Shown here piece after piece: positions 51,291 through 64,000 of a stretch of DNA of 64,000 bases. Source of the stretch: Octopus bimaculoides. Its lineage: Eukaryota. A model generated the notes under the pieces. It was given only the letters and a program-made list of their open reading frames with translations, was not told the DNA's origin and did not search any database. Where the stretch lies: positions 152,535,398 through 152,599,397 of the forward strand of contig NC_068981.1 of assembly GCF_001194135.2 (NCBI RefSeq), written 5' to 3'. A program made the translations under genes and the position numbers. Within the stretch, counting starts at the first letter, position 1. Every line of letters starts with the position of its first letter.

Positions 51291-53896
51291 ATATANNNNN
51301 NNNNNGTTCGGTTATTTACATCCCCATAACTTAACACCCACAATTTAGTCATTTTATCTAAGCAAAGACGAATACAGTTGTACTCTTGGAAGATGTAGGG
51401 TCACTCGAGCATAAAAGATGAGCATTATTTGTAATTCAATTGTACAACAGTATAAGAGTTTGCTTTGAGATATACTTAGATTGTGATTTCTGCTATGTGG
51501 TGCATAAATTGTCAAGTAAATGAGAGGCATCTTTGCCTCCACTGATTCAGTTGCAAAGTGTTCAGTAAAGTTATTTGGTTACAGACCTCCTTTGAGTCTT
51601 TTTATTATCACTGGGTCACACAGTCCCCTGATGGTAACGTTGATTTCAAAGCCTTCCCAGATGAGTGACTGGTCATTCAAAGACATTTATAGGTTGTAAA
51701 TTTATTCTGTCGTTACCTATTGGTATAGTGGTCATTTGCAAACTCCAGAGGTGACACTTTCATTTCTCCTCAGCTCTCACGTCACACAGTTATTAATGTT
51801 TATTTGAGTTGGGTCACGCCTTTCCAATTGCTATAGATCCGTAATTCACTTGTGTGGTGAGGAATCCTACATTGGGGAGTAGTAACGACTAGAGTAGCTA
51901 ACAGCTTATTGTGATCATTTGACTTTTGGTTTCCTGTAGCTTTGCTCTCTTTTACAAACCCAGTGAGCATACATATATTTCCTATTTCAAAGAAATTTGA
52001 ACAATACATACATATAAGACCCAAGTTAAAAAGATTCTCAACAATTCAACTTCTCTGGTTGACATTAAGACACCCACCCTCAATAGGGGCCTTAACTCCC
52101 ACATTTTAGAGCTCCATTTATCAGGAGCAAAATCCTTTTAACAGGTTCCATAAGACTGGAATTTTGGAATCTGCGCATAAAGATCAGTAGTATGGGATAC
52201 ATGTGTCATGATTAGAATTTTTTTTAAGGTGTGTAAAGAGGGAAAGAACCCTCGTCTGCAATTTTGATGAAATTCGAATCATGGGTATTCCAGTTCATTA
52301 GAGAAAATATAACAGAAAAGTCTAATTCTTCAATTGCATGTAACACGGGCAACGCTGGGTATCTCTGCTAGTAATGCATAAAATAAAATACTGGCTGTTT
52401 GCATAATTTTATCTAGTTTATTTACTGTTACACATCGTTTTCTTTACTTTTTCCTTAACCCTTTTATTACCATATTTCTGTTGAAATAAGCAGCCTTTGC
52501 TTCAATTTTGAAAATAGTGAATTTATTAATATAACTTATTCATTATTAGGCTTATATTTGGGAACAAACTGTCATGCAATATTGATGAAAAGTTTAAATT
52601 TAGGTCATTTTAAAACAGGAAATTTCTATTATAGAAATAAGAGCAGTAAATATTTCTATTTATATGATAAAAACAAAGATCAAATGGATTATATCAGTTT
52701 GTTTTTCAGTTCTATTAAACTGAATACCTTCCATGTTTACACAATAAAATAAAAATATACAAATTGGAATCAGGGAATATTTTAGGACACTTTAGCAATA
52801 TTAGAAATACTCATTTGATTAAGTTACACAGCAAATGAAACTGAGGATACAATATCAAGAAATTGGTGAGTAAATGTTTAAATAAATATTAAAACAATTT
52901 CCATTAAAATTTCTTGAGTCAGACATTAACCACTTAAACCCTGATCCTTAACACAATGTCATGCATTTCCAGTAGTAAGTATCAAATAAGTGTATGTGCA
53001 ACTTGGACAGAATAAAGACCACAATGTATTTCTGTCAATCTGCTTGATCGATTCTTTACAGATATACATGTATGATGAACTTGTATACTATTTCTGATTC
53101 ACAAGTTATTGGTCAAGTTGATTCTAATGTGACACTTGCCTTATGTGCCATGTAATGAAATCAAACTCAGAACCATGGAGGGGCAAACTAAACTTCCAAA
53201 CCACACTGTCATGCTTACATTAACAAAAATTGTCACTGCCTCTCAATAAGATAACTTGTACAAGAAAAATGATTGCTGAATGGCTTATCCTTTCCTTATA
53301 AAATATTTTATTATTTTTTCTTCTTTGGTAGACAGAAACTGAAAAAAGACTCAGCATGGCTATAATTCAATGAAAGATATGTGTTAGGTGTGTCTCCTTG
53401 ATTTGACATTGCATAATAGTTGTAAATGAGAGTCATTGTTATACAAGCAGTGTCCATTTATTTCCAATATTCTGCACAAACATGCCTGGCAAGAAGGAGA
53501 TATTTCCTTGCTAGAGAACAGATGAGGGTTGGCAACATGAAGGACATCCTGCCATAAAAAACCTGTCTCAATAAACTCCATCCAACCAAGGCATTGAGGT
53601 TTACATGCTCAGTTGCCATGAAAACATCTACATTGACCAATAAAAGTACTTTTTGCAGTTATTAGTGACTTTTAGTATGTTATTTTAGTCATTAAAAAAC
53701 AAATTTGGATGGTCATATTTTAAAAAAATGACACCAACTAACTCCAAAGACGAGTAAGAAGGTACTCTGTACAAGGTAATTGGAAATACTGAAAGAAAAT
53801 GTCAATGAATTTATACGACATAGAAATGAATATTTTAGATGTCAGTATTAGAAATACAATAAAACATTAGCAAAGTTTATCAGTGAATGAATTTAC

Positions 53897-54061
53897 CAGA
53901 TGTCAGCTGGAAGTTCACTACTCTTCATCACAGCCCTTGAAGCTCTCTCAAAACTGTTCAGGCCAGTGGACCTAAGAGAGCTGTTATAAACAGGTGATTT
54001 ATCTATCCTTATAGAGTCTGTAGAAGAACTGACGATGGAATTTTGAGACTTGGATGCATTC
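53897..54061 (-). CDS. Pcl: Pcl Ser-rich linker exon (NASKSQNSIVSSSTDSIR...SELPADI)
   Basis: Strong acceptor ttttttcatacttaccttcag, TG|gtaaat donor, phase 2->2, open for 54 codons. Confidence 0.8.
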
Positions 54062-55731
54062 CTGAAGGTAAGTATGAAAAAAAAAAAAATGTTCATGAGC
54101 TTTCTTAAGTCACATATAAAAAAAGAGGCTGCCATTACATAATAATGAAGAAGACAAATAAAATTTCAATAGTGCTCAATCAATACAATTGGTGTTCTTA
54201 AAGACAGTGTTATTAACATCACCATCATTTTACATGTTTCCTGTACTAGCCCGAATGAGATAGGCCTCATAGTACATTTTTCTTAATGCACTGTTCTACA
54301 AAGAGAAACTACAATTCACACATACTGTATATAAATCACATAATGAACACTGATATATATGCATTTCAATGAATGTATTTACATATCTTGCTCTTTTGCT
54401 GGACTACATAAACAACTGTTTAGTATCACTATCTATAATAATCATCTTACCACTTGGATTGGGCAGGGTCTATTGGCAACACATGGAAAAAATGTAGAGA
54501 TATAATTACAATGTATTTGTTGTCTTCTGTGTAACCACATTTTATTTTGTATAAAATGGTAGGAAGAAATTCAGTTGTAATCTGTTAAGTGACTTATTTT
54601 AGAAGCAACAAAATTGCCTGCAAGCTAGTCTGTGAAGAAGCTAAGACTGTCAAAACAGGGCTAATTTTAATGGGAGTTGGGAACCATTTGTAGCAAGCTT
54701 GGTGATCCTATAGATGCTAGCATGAATCACTAACATGAAAAGGTAAAGTGATATTTGTGATGTGTGAATGATAAGAACTCACACTCACATATTTGATTTT
54801 ACAGTTTATTTAAATGATTATTGACACACCCACTTGTTAACCAGAGAATCAGTAGTGTTAGCAATTACTCCAGCTATTATGCTCATGTAGTGACAGGAAA
54901 AGTCACTGCTTACATTGTTATCAAAAACACAGGTATGCTGTCACAAAAACTGCTTTCTTTTCAATAAAAATTGTTTGGTGGTAGTGTTTTCTGGAACATA
55001 GATTTGAACATTTCTGTAATACTGGACTCATCCAGACAGTAGACTATTCTATGTGCAGAATATAAAGGAAAGAGTCAAGTTGCTTTTTCATTTCTACATA
55101 GATTAATCCATTGATCACATGTTTATCTGCTGCTTTTATGAGGTCACTACAGCTGTCAGAAATAGCAGCCAAAACAGCCTCTTTTTTAACACTTTGTTAT
55201 CTTAAAAATGAACAGATTTCTTGGAAAATGTAACCTGCATCTCTCTCTCTCTCTGTATATATATAATATATATATATATATATTTATAGACAGTATAATC
55301 ACAACTAGAATGCCTTTGATCATACATTTGCTCAATTAGGATTGACTTGGAATAAAACAACTGTTTATATTCAAAGTTACTGTTCTCTCAAAGACAGTTG
55401 CCTTTGCTGCAGCCTGAGGAGCCTACATATCTTTCTATTTCTTCCTTTTTCTTATGCCCTTGTTTTTGCAGCCCCTCCCTTCAGTAACCACAATATGTCG
55501 ACCGGATACATTTTATTGCACCACCAGGATGGGAGGTAGATGCAGTGTAATTTAATAAACAATCAGACCAAGGATGAAATGTTTTATGAACTACTTCCAG
55601 TAAGCAGGAACAAAGAACCTTACTTAAAGAAAAAAGTTATTTTAATATCAAATATAGAATGTGACTCAGTTTAAACAAATAACATACATTAAATACTTTA
55701 AAAAATGTGGAAATATGTTTTTAAAACTCAC

Positions 55732-55887
55732 ATTTTTGTTTTTCGCCTTTTCATTTGTAGATTGTTCATCACATCATCAGTAATTTGGCCATTAATTGGA
55801 AAATCAATAGCTGGTGGAGTTGGAGGTAGACGTAGACGTAGTGCCCACAAACTTCGGCTTTTCTTTATTTCACGGCCACATTGAAAT
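55732..55887 (-). CDS. Pcl: Pcl winged-helix/EH exon (FQCGREIKKSRSLWALRLRLPPTPP...)
   Basis: Matches PHF1/MTF2 F(I/M)SG(R/K)EIKK(R/K)K.LFGL.IRVPP. Donor AT|gtgagt, phase 2->2. Confidence 0.92.
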
Positions 55888-56560
55888 CTTTATAAAATAA
55901 CCGATTTTGTGCATGAGAAAATCTAATGTTAACCTGGTTGCTGAGAACTACATAACACATAATCCTCAGAAATTTCTTCTAAAATAATATTTCAAACATT
56001 AAAAATTTTCTGTAACTAAATTCATGTTTAAAAAGATATGAATCAAATGTCTGTTTTGGTAAAAAGTTCTCAAAAATTAATAAACAAAAAAGGATTAACT
56101 TTTTATGATATAAAGAGTCATTAGAATGATTATTTTTCTGTTTTACACAAAATTTTTCCTGTCTGGATAGGTGACAGTACTTTGTTAGAGTAAATGCTTT
56201 TAATACTGGATATCCTTTTAGCTACTAATCAATCAACAACCAAGTAGGGTTGGAAGTGCTTGTAGAGATATGTAACCTTGCCCAAAGCAACAACACAATG
56301 GCTGCCATATGTGGCCACTAGTCCAGAACAATAATCTTAATGATTGCAACTCATCAAATTAAATACTTTATAAATTGAAAAAAAAAAAAAAAAAAAGAGA
56401 ACAGAGAAAAGAATGGGTAGAATGTATGTTACAAAATTGATAATTTCTCAAATCAGAGACTGGCCAAAGTTAAGATTATTGAAATTGCAAAATTATGAAA
56501 AACAATTTTTAAAATTTCATACCATGTTTATCATAAAGAGGAAACAAAAATTTGATTAAC

Positions 56561-56628
56561 CTTTTCTTATGACTCCTTAAAGTTTCCAGCATTTTTTCTT
56601 TCTCTTCACTTCGTAGATGTGTTCCCAG
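56561..56628 (-). CDS. Pcl: Pcl EH-domain exon (LGTHLRSEEKEKMLETLRSHKKR)
   Basis: ttttctttctgtgttag acceptor, AG|gttaat donor, phase 0->2. Positionally equivalent to MTF2 ..ERYEHVLEALNDYK. Confidence 0.85.
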
Positions 56629-57099
56629 CTAACACAGAAAGAAAATGTGTTTAGTTTACACATATACGGAATAACACGTGTATATACATCATCATTTAGT
56701 GTCTGCTTTCCATGCTAAGCTGGAAAGCTGTACCAGGTTGCAATCTGATTTGGCATGGTTTCTACAGCTGGATGCTCTTCCTAGTGCCATTATAACAATT
56801 TCCTTTCAATTAAATGTTTCCCCAAATTTGCAATAAACATTTGATGTACTATAGTGTAGAAAAGCTGATCAAGACATATACAAACTGGGAAGCAATTTTG
56901 AAGAATTAACTATGTTTTTATCAGTAATGTTGTGACTCAACTCAAAGCAAACAGTACAATAACACCAAATACAAAAAAAAAGAAGCCATCGACTTATTAT
57001 CACTATCATCAATATACATCTGGTTTTCCATGCCAGTATGGTCTGAACACATTTTCTGACTAGATGCTTATCCTTATAGTCACCTCTATGACATGGAGG

Positions 57100-57720
57100 G
57101 ACACTAGTCTTCTCTCAAGTACTGAAACATAAACCTGTGACTATCGTAATTGTGAATCAGTCTCAAAGTGTAGAGGAAAAGATTACATATTTGAGAAGTA
57201 CAATTCCCGATAACCAACAGCCTAGACACAGTGGTGGATTGCTTCATACAACCAGCTGTGGTTGCTTTTGGAAAGCGCAATGATTGACTGTAGAAACTGT
57301 GGCATAAAACTGTCAGCAAAATGCAGCTCACTGATCAGTAGTACTATACTGTGTAGTATCTACAGAGATCTACATACTGCATTGTTAGCATATAAAAAAG
57401 TTGATGAGCTGTCAGTTGCATAACTATTATCTTATAAAGAACATCTGTTGAGATCAAATCTCCAACCAGGAGATTTTGTATTGAGAAAATATGCCTTGCG
57501 TAGAGTCTATCCTGCTGGAATCACAGGTGGGAAATATTTATCTGTGAGGAGGACCCCAGGGTTGTGTTCTGTTGAAAGTTGAAATGTAGAAGCTATTGAC
57601 AAAGACACTTGAAACGAAATTCTGTTATAAGATTCTATCAAGTGACCTCTAAATGAAATGGGTTGCCTGATTATAACTGCATGAGAGAAGATAGCAAATG
57701 ACAGCAAACAATGGCTGAAG
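57100..57720 (+). mobile_element. RTE/BovB-type LINE remnant
   Basis: VEEKITYLRSTI... and (frameshift) AVVAFGK, resembling VDKFTYLGSTL...ASAAFGRL. Confidence 0.4.
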
Positions 57721-58548
57721 ACAATAAAAGAGTAAATGTTAGTCACACTAGATGAAACAAAGCAAAGGGAGAAAAAGCTACAGCTAGATTCACACTACAC
57801 CAGGTCTACCAACAGTACTTTTCAATAATAGCTGCAGGTGGGGTTGCACAAACATTTTTTATCTACAATCCCATGAAAGCATAGGTGAGAAAGTTTCTTC
57901 AAGTTTTGAGAGAGAGAAAAGAAAAACAAAAATTCCCTCCTGCTACCATGTCATACACATGAATGACAATCAAGAACACACACATGTACATACTGGCATG
58001 GCTATGTGACTCAGAAGTTCATTTTGCATCTGTATGGTTTTGAATTTGATCCCACTGTGGTACTTTGGGCCAACGTCTTTTACTATAGTATTAGGCTGAC
58101 TAATATTTATGAATGAAATTCAATAGATGGAAACTATATGACTGCCTGTTGCATAGATATACATATGTGCCTGTCTCCATATGTTTTCACTTTGACACAG
58201 TTTTCACAGTAGTGGTGTTTGCTATCTCACAGCACAATTGTTCAACATACTAAAACTATTGGTATAATATAAGATACCTGGAAATAAAGACTCACACACA
58301 CACATATGTAAACATGATAAAACCATAACCTTTTCAAATCACACTCTAATATCATAAAAAGAAAGGACACATTAGATTATGTAATTTTAGAATTACCATG
58401 TTTCACATAAAAAAAAAAAATCAATAAAAATGACTAGATGGCCACAGCTGGAACACTTTCCATCATAAGTCTGTTTAATAAGAGTTTACCATAGGATATC
58501 ACTATCCACTATATAAAACTGAACAATTTAAGAAAAAGTCTTTCATAC

Positions 58549-58672
58549 CGAGTCCAGTTGCAGGTTCTGCCAATTCATATAGACCCAAGGCATTATTACT
58601 TTATCTAAATCATAGTATTTTTTCTGGTGAACAATATACAAATTGAACAAGGCCAACTGAGCAACATCAATC
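58549..58672 (-). CDS. Pcl: Pcl EH-domain exon (IDVAQLALFNLYIVHQKKYYDLDKVIMPWVYMNWQNLQLDS)
   Basis: Matches MTF2 [35 protein letters not shown]. GT-AG, phase 2->0. Confidence 0.92.
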
Positions 58673-60007
58673 CTACAATTGAAAAGGAAAAGAAATAATA
58701 GAATTTGCACAAACAAAATAATGAATAATAACATATTGTTTAAAATTTCTACAAGTTCATCTTAAGATATTTAAAAAAAAAATCTTATCCTTTCTAATCT
58801 CTAATATCATCATCATTTAATATCCACTTTCCATGCTGGTATGAGTTGGTCTAGGCTTACAGCACCTAGTTTTCTCAAGTGTTCACTCATCTAAGTACTA
58901 ACTAGACTTGACATTGCTCAACTGCAGTGATCAGACAAGAGCCAGTGCTTTCAGTGTGATATTGCGTGTGGTAAAAAAAGAGAGACATTAAAAATAAATG
59001 ACTTAATGTACTTTCATTATTTGTTAGTATTAAATATTTTCTTTTAAAATTATTTTACATCACAGTTCCATGATAAACTCAGATTGGATGGTCAGAAAAT
59101 TCAAACATTTGGATGAAATTACGAGTAGCTAATACTTCTTCAGTTAACATTCACTGAAGTGGGTTCCAACCAGGAACTTAATATCAAGTCATTATTTAGG
59201 AATAGAAGAAATATCATCCCAACTTGGTAGTTATGCAAATATATAAGTCTTACACTGTAAGCCTTGTCAAACATAGTTTATTATTATTATTATTAAAGCT
59301 TTTTAAAAATCACACAATATTTTCTTAGGTATTATTAATTAATCAGATTTTCTCCTTAATACATTAAGCATGACGACACTAACTTGACTTATTTATGCAT
59401 GAACTGAACAAGACTGTTGTTCATTTTGTTAGATAAAGGAAAGTATAATATACTTTAATAAAAACAGCGTGGTATGGGAGCATCACTTGATTTATCTTGA
59501 ATGCAGTGATCTACATGATCCCATTCTGAAGAATTATAAAGTAGCTTACTAGCTAATAATATAGTCTTTAAACATTCAGTTAATATTTGCATTAAAAAGA
59601 CAAAAAAAAACTCACTATTAAATATGCAATGATTTTAAGTATTTCAAATGTAATACTTGTAAATAGTTTAAATCAGTGCTTCTCAAACTATCTGCAGTTT
59701 TTTTTTTTTACCAATGTGCCAGGGACCAGTAATATTTCTTGTAATATTAATTTACACAGTATATATAATGAGTATAATAAAAGTTGAAAATTGTTTTTTT
59801 TATCTTATATTTATTTTGTAAACAAATAATACAATATTACATATGCATTTTATAATGTTTCCTTTTTTTCAGGAAACTCGCGGACCACTTAAATGAATCA
59901 CAGGAAAACAAAGTGAAAGAAAACTATATTGTTTAATTTTAATACAAACCTTAAATTAAGAAATGTTAAAATTAAACATAATTTACCTCACCGGGCCATT
60001 TACTAAC

Positions 60008-60119
60008 CATTTTAATGGAATACGTTTCAGATATTCTGGTCCAGAATTGCAGAAGGAGCACACAAACATATAGAATCTATCACCATACAACAAAGGCTGA
60101 TCGAGACACTGGATACAAG
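60008..60119 (-). CDS. Pcl: Pcl PHD2 exon ([37 protein letters not shown])
   Basis: Near-identical to MTF2 [41 protein letters not shown], phase 1->2. Confidence 0.95.
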
Positions 60120-60967
60120 CTAGAAACAAATCATAAGAAATTAATAATGCTTTAACAGTTCCTTTAAAGTTTTAAATACTGCATAAAATTTATTAGACAC
60201 AATAAACAACTGAAAGTGGGAAATTATTTTCAACTTAATTCTGAGATTCAATTATTAGTTTTAATTATTTAAAAGGAATTACTGGAGGTACAAATTTTGA
60301 AATTTGGTTTAGAATTTTATAATAGAATACAGTAATATGCCTATGAATAGAAATACAACAAAATTAGGACAAAGCATAAAATGCTACGGCTTAAAAAATA
60401 TTTTCAATGGTTGTACTTTAAAAGTGAACCTAATTTTGGTAGTGAAATCAGGACGAAGCAGGAGTGAAGTCAAGTTGAAGTAGTAAAGATTTATTAGAAT
60501 TCATTAGCACAGGATGTTATGTGGAGTGAGTAAAAAAACATGAATAATAAAAGAACTTCTGGATAATTTATATTAAAAGTTGACCATAATGAATTGCAGA
60601 CTAGCAAAAAAAAAAAAAAAAAAAAAAAAAATTTATGTAGTCATTCTTCAAAATCAACATTGAAAAGACTAATTCTCCTCAACTGAAGTTGAACTAATCA
60701 TCTGTGCCATTGTATTTGCTTAATTGACCTTGCAAAACAATTAAACATAATTTAAAGTTTTGTGCGACCATATAGAAGTTCCCTCAATTTACTTTTGTTG
60801 AAGATCATGAAGATGATGAATTAATAAGTGGAAGTCTAAATTTTAATTTACTCAATCCACTACAAACTAAAATAAAATTATTTAAAAAACTTCAAAACCT
60901 ATTTGCCTAAAATTCTTTAGCAATAAACAGACTATAATTGAAATGCATTCTATATCTTAAGACTTAC

Positions 60968-61020
60968 CTTCATGAAACCACATTCGGCAGCGACAACACT
61001 GAAGCATCTTAATATACCAA
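60968..61020 (-). CDS. Pcl: Pcl PHD2 exon (WYIKMLQCCRCRMWFHE)
   Basis: Matches WYLKMLQCCKCKQWFHEAC. AAG|gtaagt donor, phase 2->1. Confidence 0.95.
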
Positions 61021-62493
61021 CTACAATTACAGAAGTGAAGAAAATTCAGAAACAACAAGATAATACTAAACATGTTTTGGCACTAATGTTTTACAAAACA
61101 CTTAAGAAGTTAAATAGCTAATCTTCTTCAGATTCATTTCAAACCAAAAACAGTGTTTCTATTAGTGTATGGCAAGTGAATGGGTGATGAAAGTTGACTT
61201 GAGAAAGAAGCAGTTGAAATTTCCATCACTTTTAGCTCAGTCCTCATTGAGACTAGACATCATTTTAGTCTCTGAAGCAACAGGACAGCTCATCTTGTTA
61301 TATTAACTGTACTCTGGATAGAGGATGCACAAAGAGGAATGAGAGCCAAGTACCCAGGATGGGTAGTCAATGATATGCAGGTTGTTTCTTGAGTTAAGGC
61401 CTATGAAACTCTGGGCACTACAGGAATGAGTAGAAGGTGAACTATCAAGAATAACACGGAGGTTGCTGAGAAAGTAACCTCTACACACCCACACTCTTCT
61501 GTCCCAGTCACTTCTACTCACTTCATACTCTGAGGGCTCACCCCAACATTTCATCACCACTACTTTTATCTTTTACCAGCTCCACCTGATCACTTTCTCT
61601 TCTAAAATGTGAGCAGCTATGTAGCTCCTCTATAACAAGAAACCTGTTCTACTCTGGCTCCTTTTCTCATACTTTAACCCCTCTTAGCATTAAGTCAATA
61701 CTTTAGGGTTCATAGTCTTGCAAGCTGCATGGTGACTTCCCTTAACATGGTGGCATGAAAAAAAGCACTGCTGGCATCAGGAAGAGCATGGTGCAGACCT
61801 TGGATCCATTGAATCTTGTCAAACTGTCCAACTCATGCCAGCATAGAATACAGATGTTAAATGATGATGGTGATTATGCTCTGTAAAGTGTAAGGTTGAG
61901 AGACGCCTTGAGTATTGTTGAGGACATTGCACTTTCCTGGTGCTGATGCTATTGTAAAATGGTTGACATTAGGAACCACTTTACAGTGGTCAAAATAGGA
62001 AGGACATCCAACCATAGAAACAAAACCAAAATGAATCTCACAAGCAAAATAGCCCTCCAAATTGTTGAGGTGAGCATCATCCCCCGAATGAGCTGACTCC
62101 AACTATGTTAACCTGTTCCATCCATGTCAGCATGGAAAGTGATGATGATGACATATATTCTTTTTTATGTATAGTTATATATGAAAACAATCAAACATTA
62201 GTTGAAGGATCACTCAATACATTTAACTAAAGTATCACATTTATTTCATTTCTATAAGGGAAAGTTAACAATGACTGAAGTTTTCGCTAAGTTGCCTTTT
62301 TCAGATTGTAAATTTTTTTTTAGTTTCCCAAGCCTTTTATAAATTTTTCAAACAAGATGACCAAAAAATACATTTAAAAAATATCTAATAATTCAGAAGT
62401 ATCAAAGCAGTAACATATTGTTAACCACTCCCACTAAAAGAGAAATAAAATATTTACAAATTTCACTACCAAAATGAAATGAAAATTACTCAC

Positions 62494-62570
62494 ATGCCTG
62501 GGCCACCACAATAGCAATAACTCTGCTCAAGATTGGTTTTATGCTGAGCATCCCATGTTAACTCATTCAG
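62494..62570 (-). CDS. Pcl: Pcl exon at the start of PHD2 ([25 protein letters not shown])
   Basis: Matches [24 protein letters not shown]|gtgagt donor, phase 0->2. Confidence 0.95.
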
Positions 62571-63810
62571 CTGAAGGGCAACATAGGAAAAGAAAATGTA
62601 ATTAGTATGACAGCTAAGTGAAAAACAAAATCTATTGGCAGGTAATAAGCCCAAAAGAAACAATAATCAGAAAATATTGTGAACTTCTGAATGGAAGCAC
62701 AAACAAATTATAAACATGAAGTCATATAGATTAAGTTAAATGGTACAAATCACAACACATTTTCAACTTCTGGGCAGTAATTTTTGATGCTTTTCAATTT
62801 TTAGCATAGTTGTTAGCACAGATTGAATCCTGCCCAGTAACTTTGGAAAGACTCTAAAAACTTGATTTACGATTTTATTGTGAGGAACTGCAAAACCAAT
62901 TAGCAAAGTTTACAATAGAAACAATTGAAAGATATGGCAGCAGTTTGTTGATTTCTCAAACAAAATGCTGCAAACTTAGGTTGTAGACTTAATCTATCTG
63001 CTAACATAACATCACCACCAAATCCTTGCATGCCTTTATCAGAGTTCACTATGTTGCATCTCAGACCAGGCTTATGATCTGAGGACAGCTTCTATATGGT
63101 TGTGCTAATCTCAAGTAGCAAACCCACGAATCATGGTTTTTTTTCTCCTTGTCCTTCATCTATCTTGGAGGTCATACATGGGTGCCTACTCTTCCTTTCA
63201 GAGTAAACAAGATAAAAAAAATTTTAAAAAAACTGTCACATCACTCCATTAATGCAATATCACAAACCTGTCAGTAGTTGTTGCTGCAGATTGACATAAA
63301 AATTAAGCAATGTCTTTTAGATTGTTCCTTTCCATAACTTGCCATGGGGCAGAATCCATGAATCCATTCTATATTGATAATAGCTGGACACTCAACAAGG
63401 TTCTAAGCAGAAATGAAAAACTTAACTTGCTCGAAGAACTGACAACTGACAAGAATAACAGTATTAGCTGGTTTACAGATAAATATTTCGGTTTCCTGGG
63501 TATTGATTCTCAATATGCTGATCTTTCTGTTAGTAAATTGATTATCTGCCATAAAGTTGTACTTACTTTGTTTTAGCAGCTAACAATGGTTGATTGCTGC
63601 CTTGTTAATCTGAGCATGAGATAGAGGGTCTAACTATCTCATACATTTTTAAAATAATAACCTGTGATGTTTTCCTTGCCCCAAATGTCATTGAAAAGCT
63701 TTAATTACAAGAAGATTACTAGATAAAATAAATAGGACCTTTCAATTCAATTATGCATATTTTTCTATATTTTAATTATAATTAAAAGAAATGAAAAGAG
63801 AACAACTTAC

Positions 63811-63851
63811 ATTATAAGGTAGAGATTGTTTCATCATTTGCAGAGCCTGTG
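63811..63851 (-). CDS. Pcl: Pcl PHD1-PHD2 linker exon (QALQMMKQSLPYN); gene continues beyond the window
   Basis: Matches KALQVMKQTLPY. ttttttcactttcag acceptor, AAT|gtaagt donor, phase 1->0. Confidence 0.92.
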
Positions 63852-64000
63852 CTGAAAGTGAAAAAAGAAAACAAAATGCAATGGAATAATAGAGCCAACT
63901 TAAAAATTATATCAGCATTTAATTTTTAATGGAAACAAAGTTATCTATAAAAACACCATAAATGTTTTATTAATTAAAATTAAAGATTTCTATACAAAAA

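Larger units (their letters stand above)
50630..52371 (+). mobile_element. Probable non-autonomous Helitron in a Pcl intron
   Basis: A|TTTATATATAAAGATGAGAATGTGTGT 5' end. 3' end acgggcaacgctgggtatctctg-CTAG|T with a GC-rich subterminal hairpin-like motif. Confidence 0.55.

Noticed and set aside
55342-55560. Possible extra Pcl exon between 54061 and 55732
   Set aside because: No usable minus-strand acceptor with an open frame. The flanking exons already join in phase.

Overview
AT-rich, microsatellite- and transposon-dense eukaryotic genomic DNA with six N-gaps. The SINE/RTE repeat landscape looks like Octopus (cephalopod); this is inferred from recognition, not a search. Almost all ORFs in the supplied track are spurious. 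Two spliced protein-coding genes can be built by hand with GT-AG introns and consistent phases. (1) A complete 5-exon, 183-aa TMEM72/Flower-like membrane-protein gene on + (38094-45788). (2) The last 10 coding exons of a Polycomb-like (Pcl; PHF1/MTF2/PHF19 family) gene on - (48500-63851, continuing past the window end), covering PHD2, the winged-helix/EH domain and the C-terminal chromo-like domain. The two genes are convergent. The rest holds tRNA-derived SINEs, RTE/CR1/Penelope retroelement remnants, mariner and pogo/Tigger remnants, hAT/piggyBac/foldback MITEs and a probable non-autonomous Helitron. The most interesting observation is a SINE-like family with a Pol III tRNA-like head and a 3' minimal type I hammerhead-ribozyme motif. 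It occurs as a head-to-head inverted pair (1569-2041) plus a third copy (~40989-41270). Candidate small exons of unidentified genes at 11-20 kb (+) and 21-36 kb (-) are reported with low confidence.
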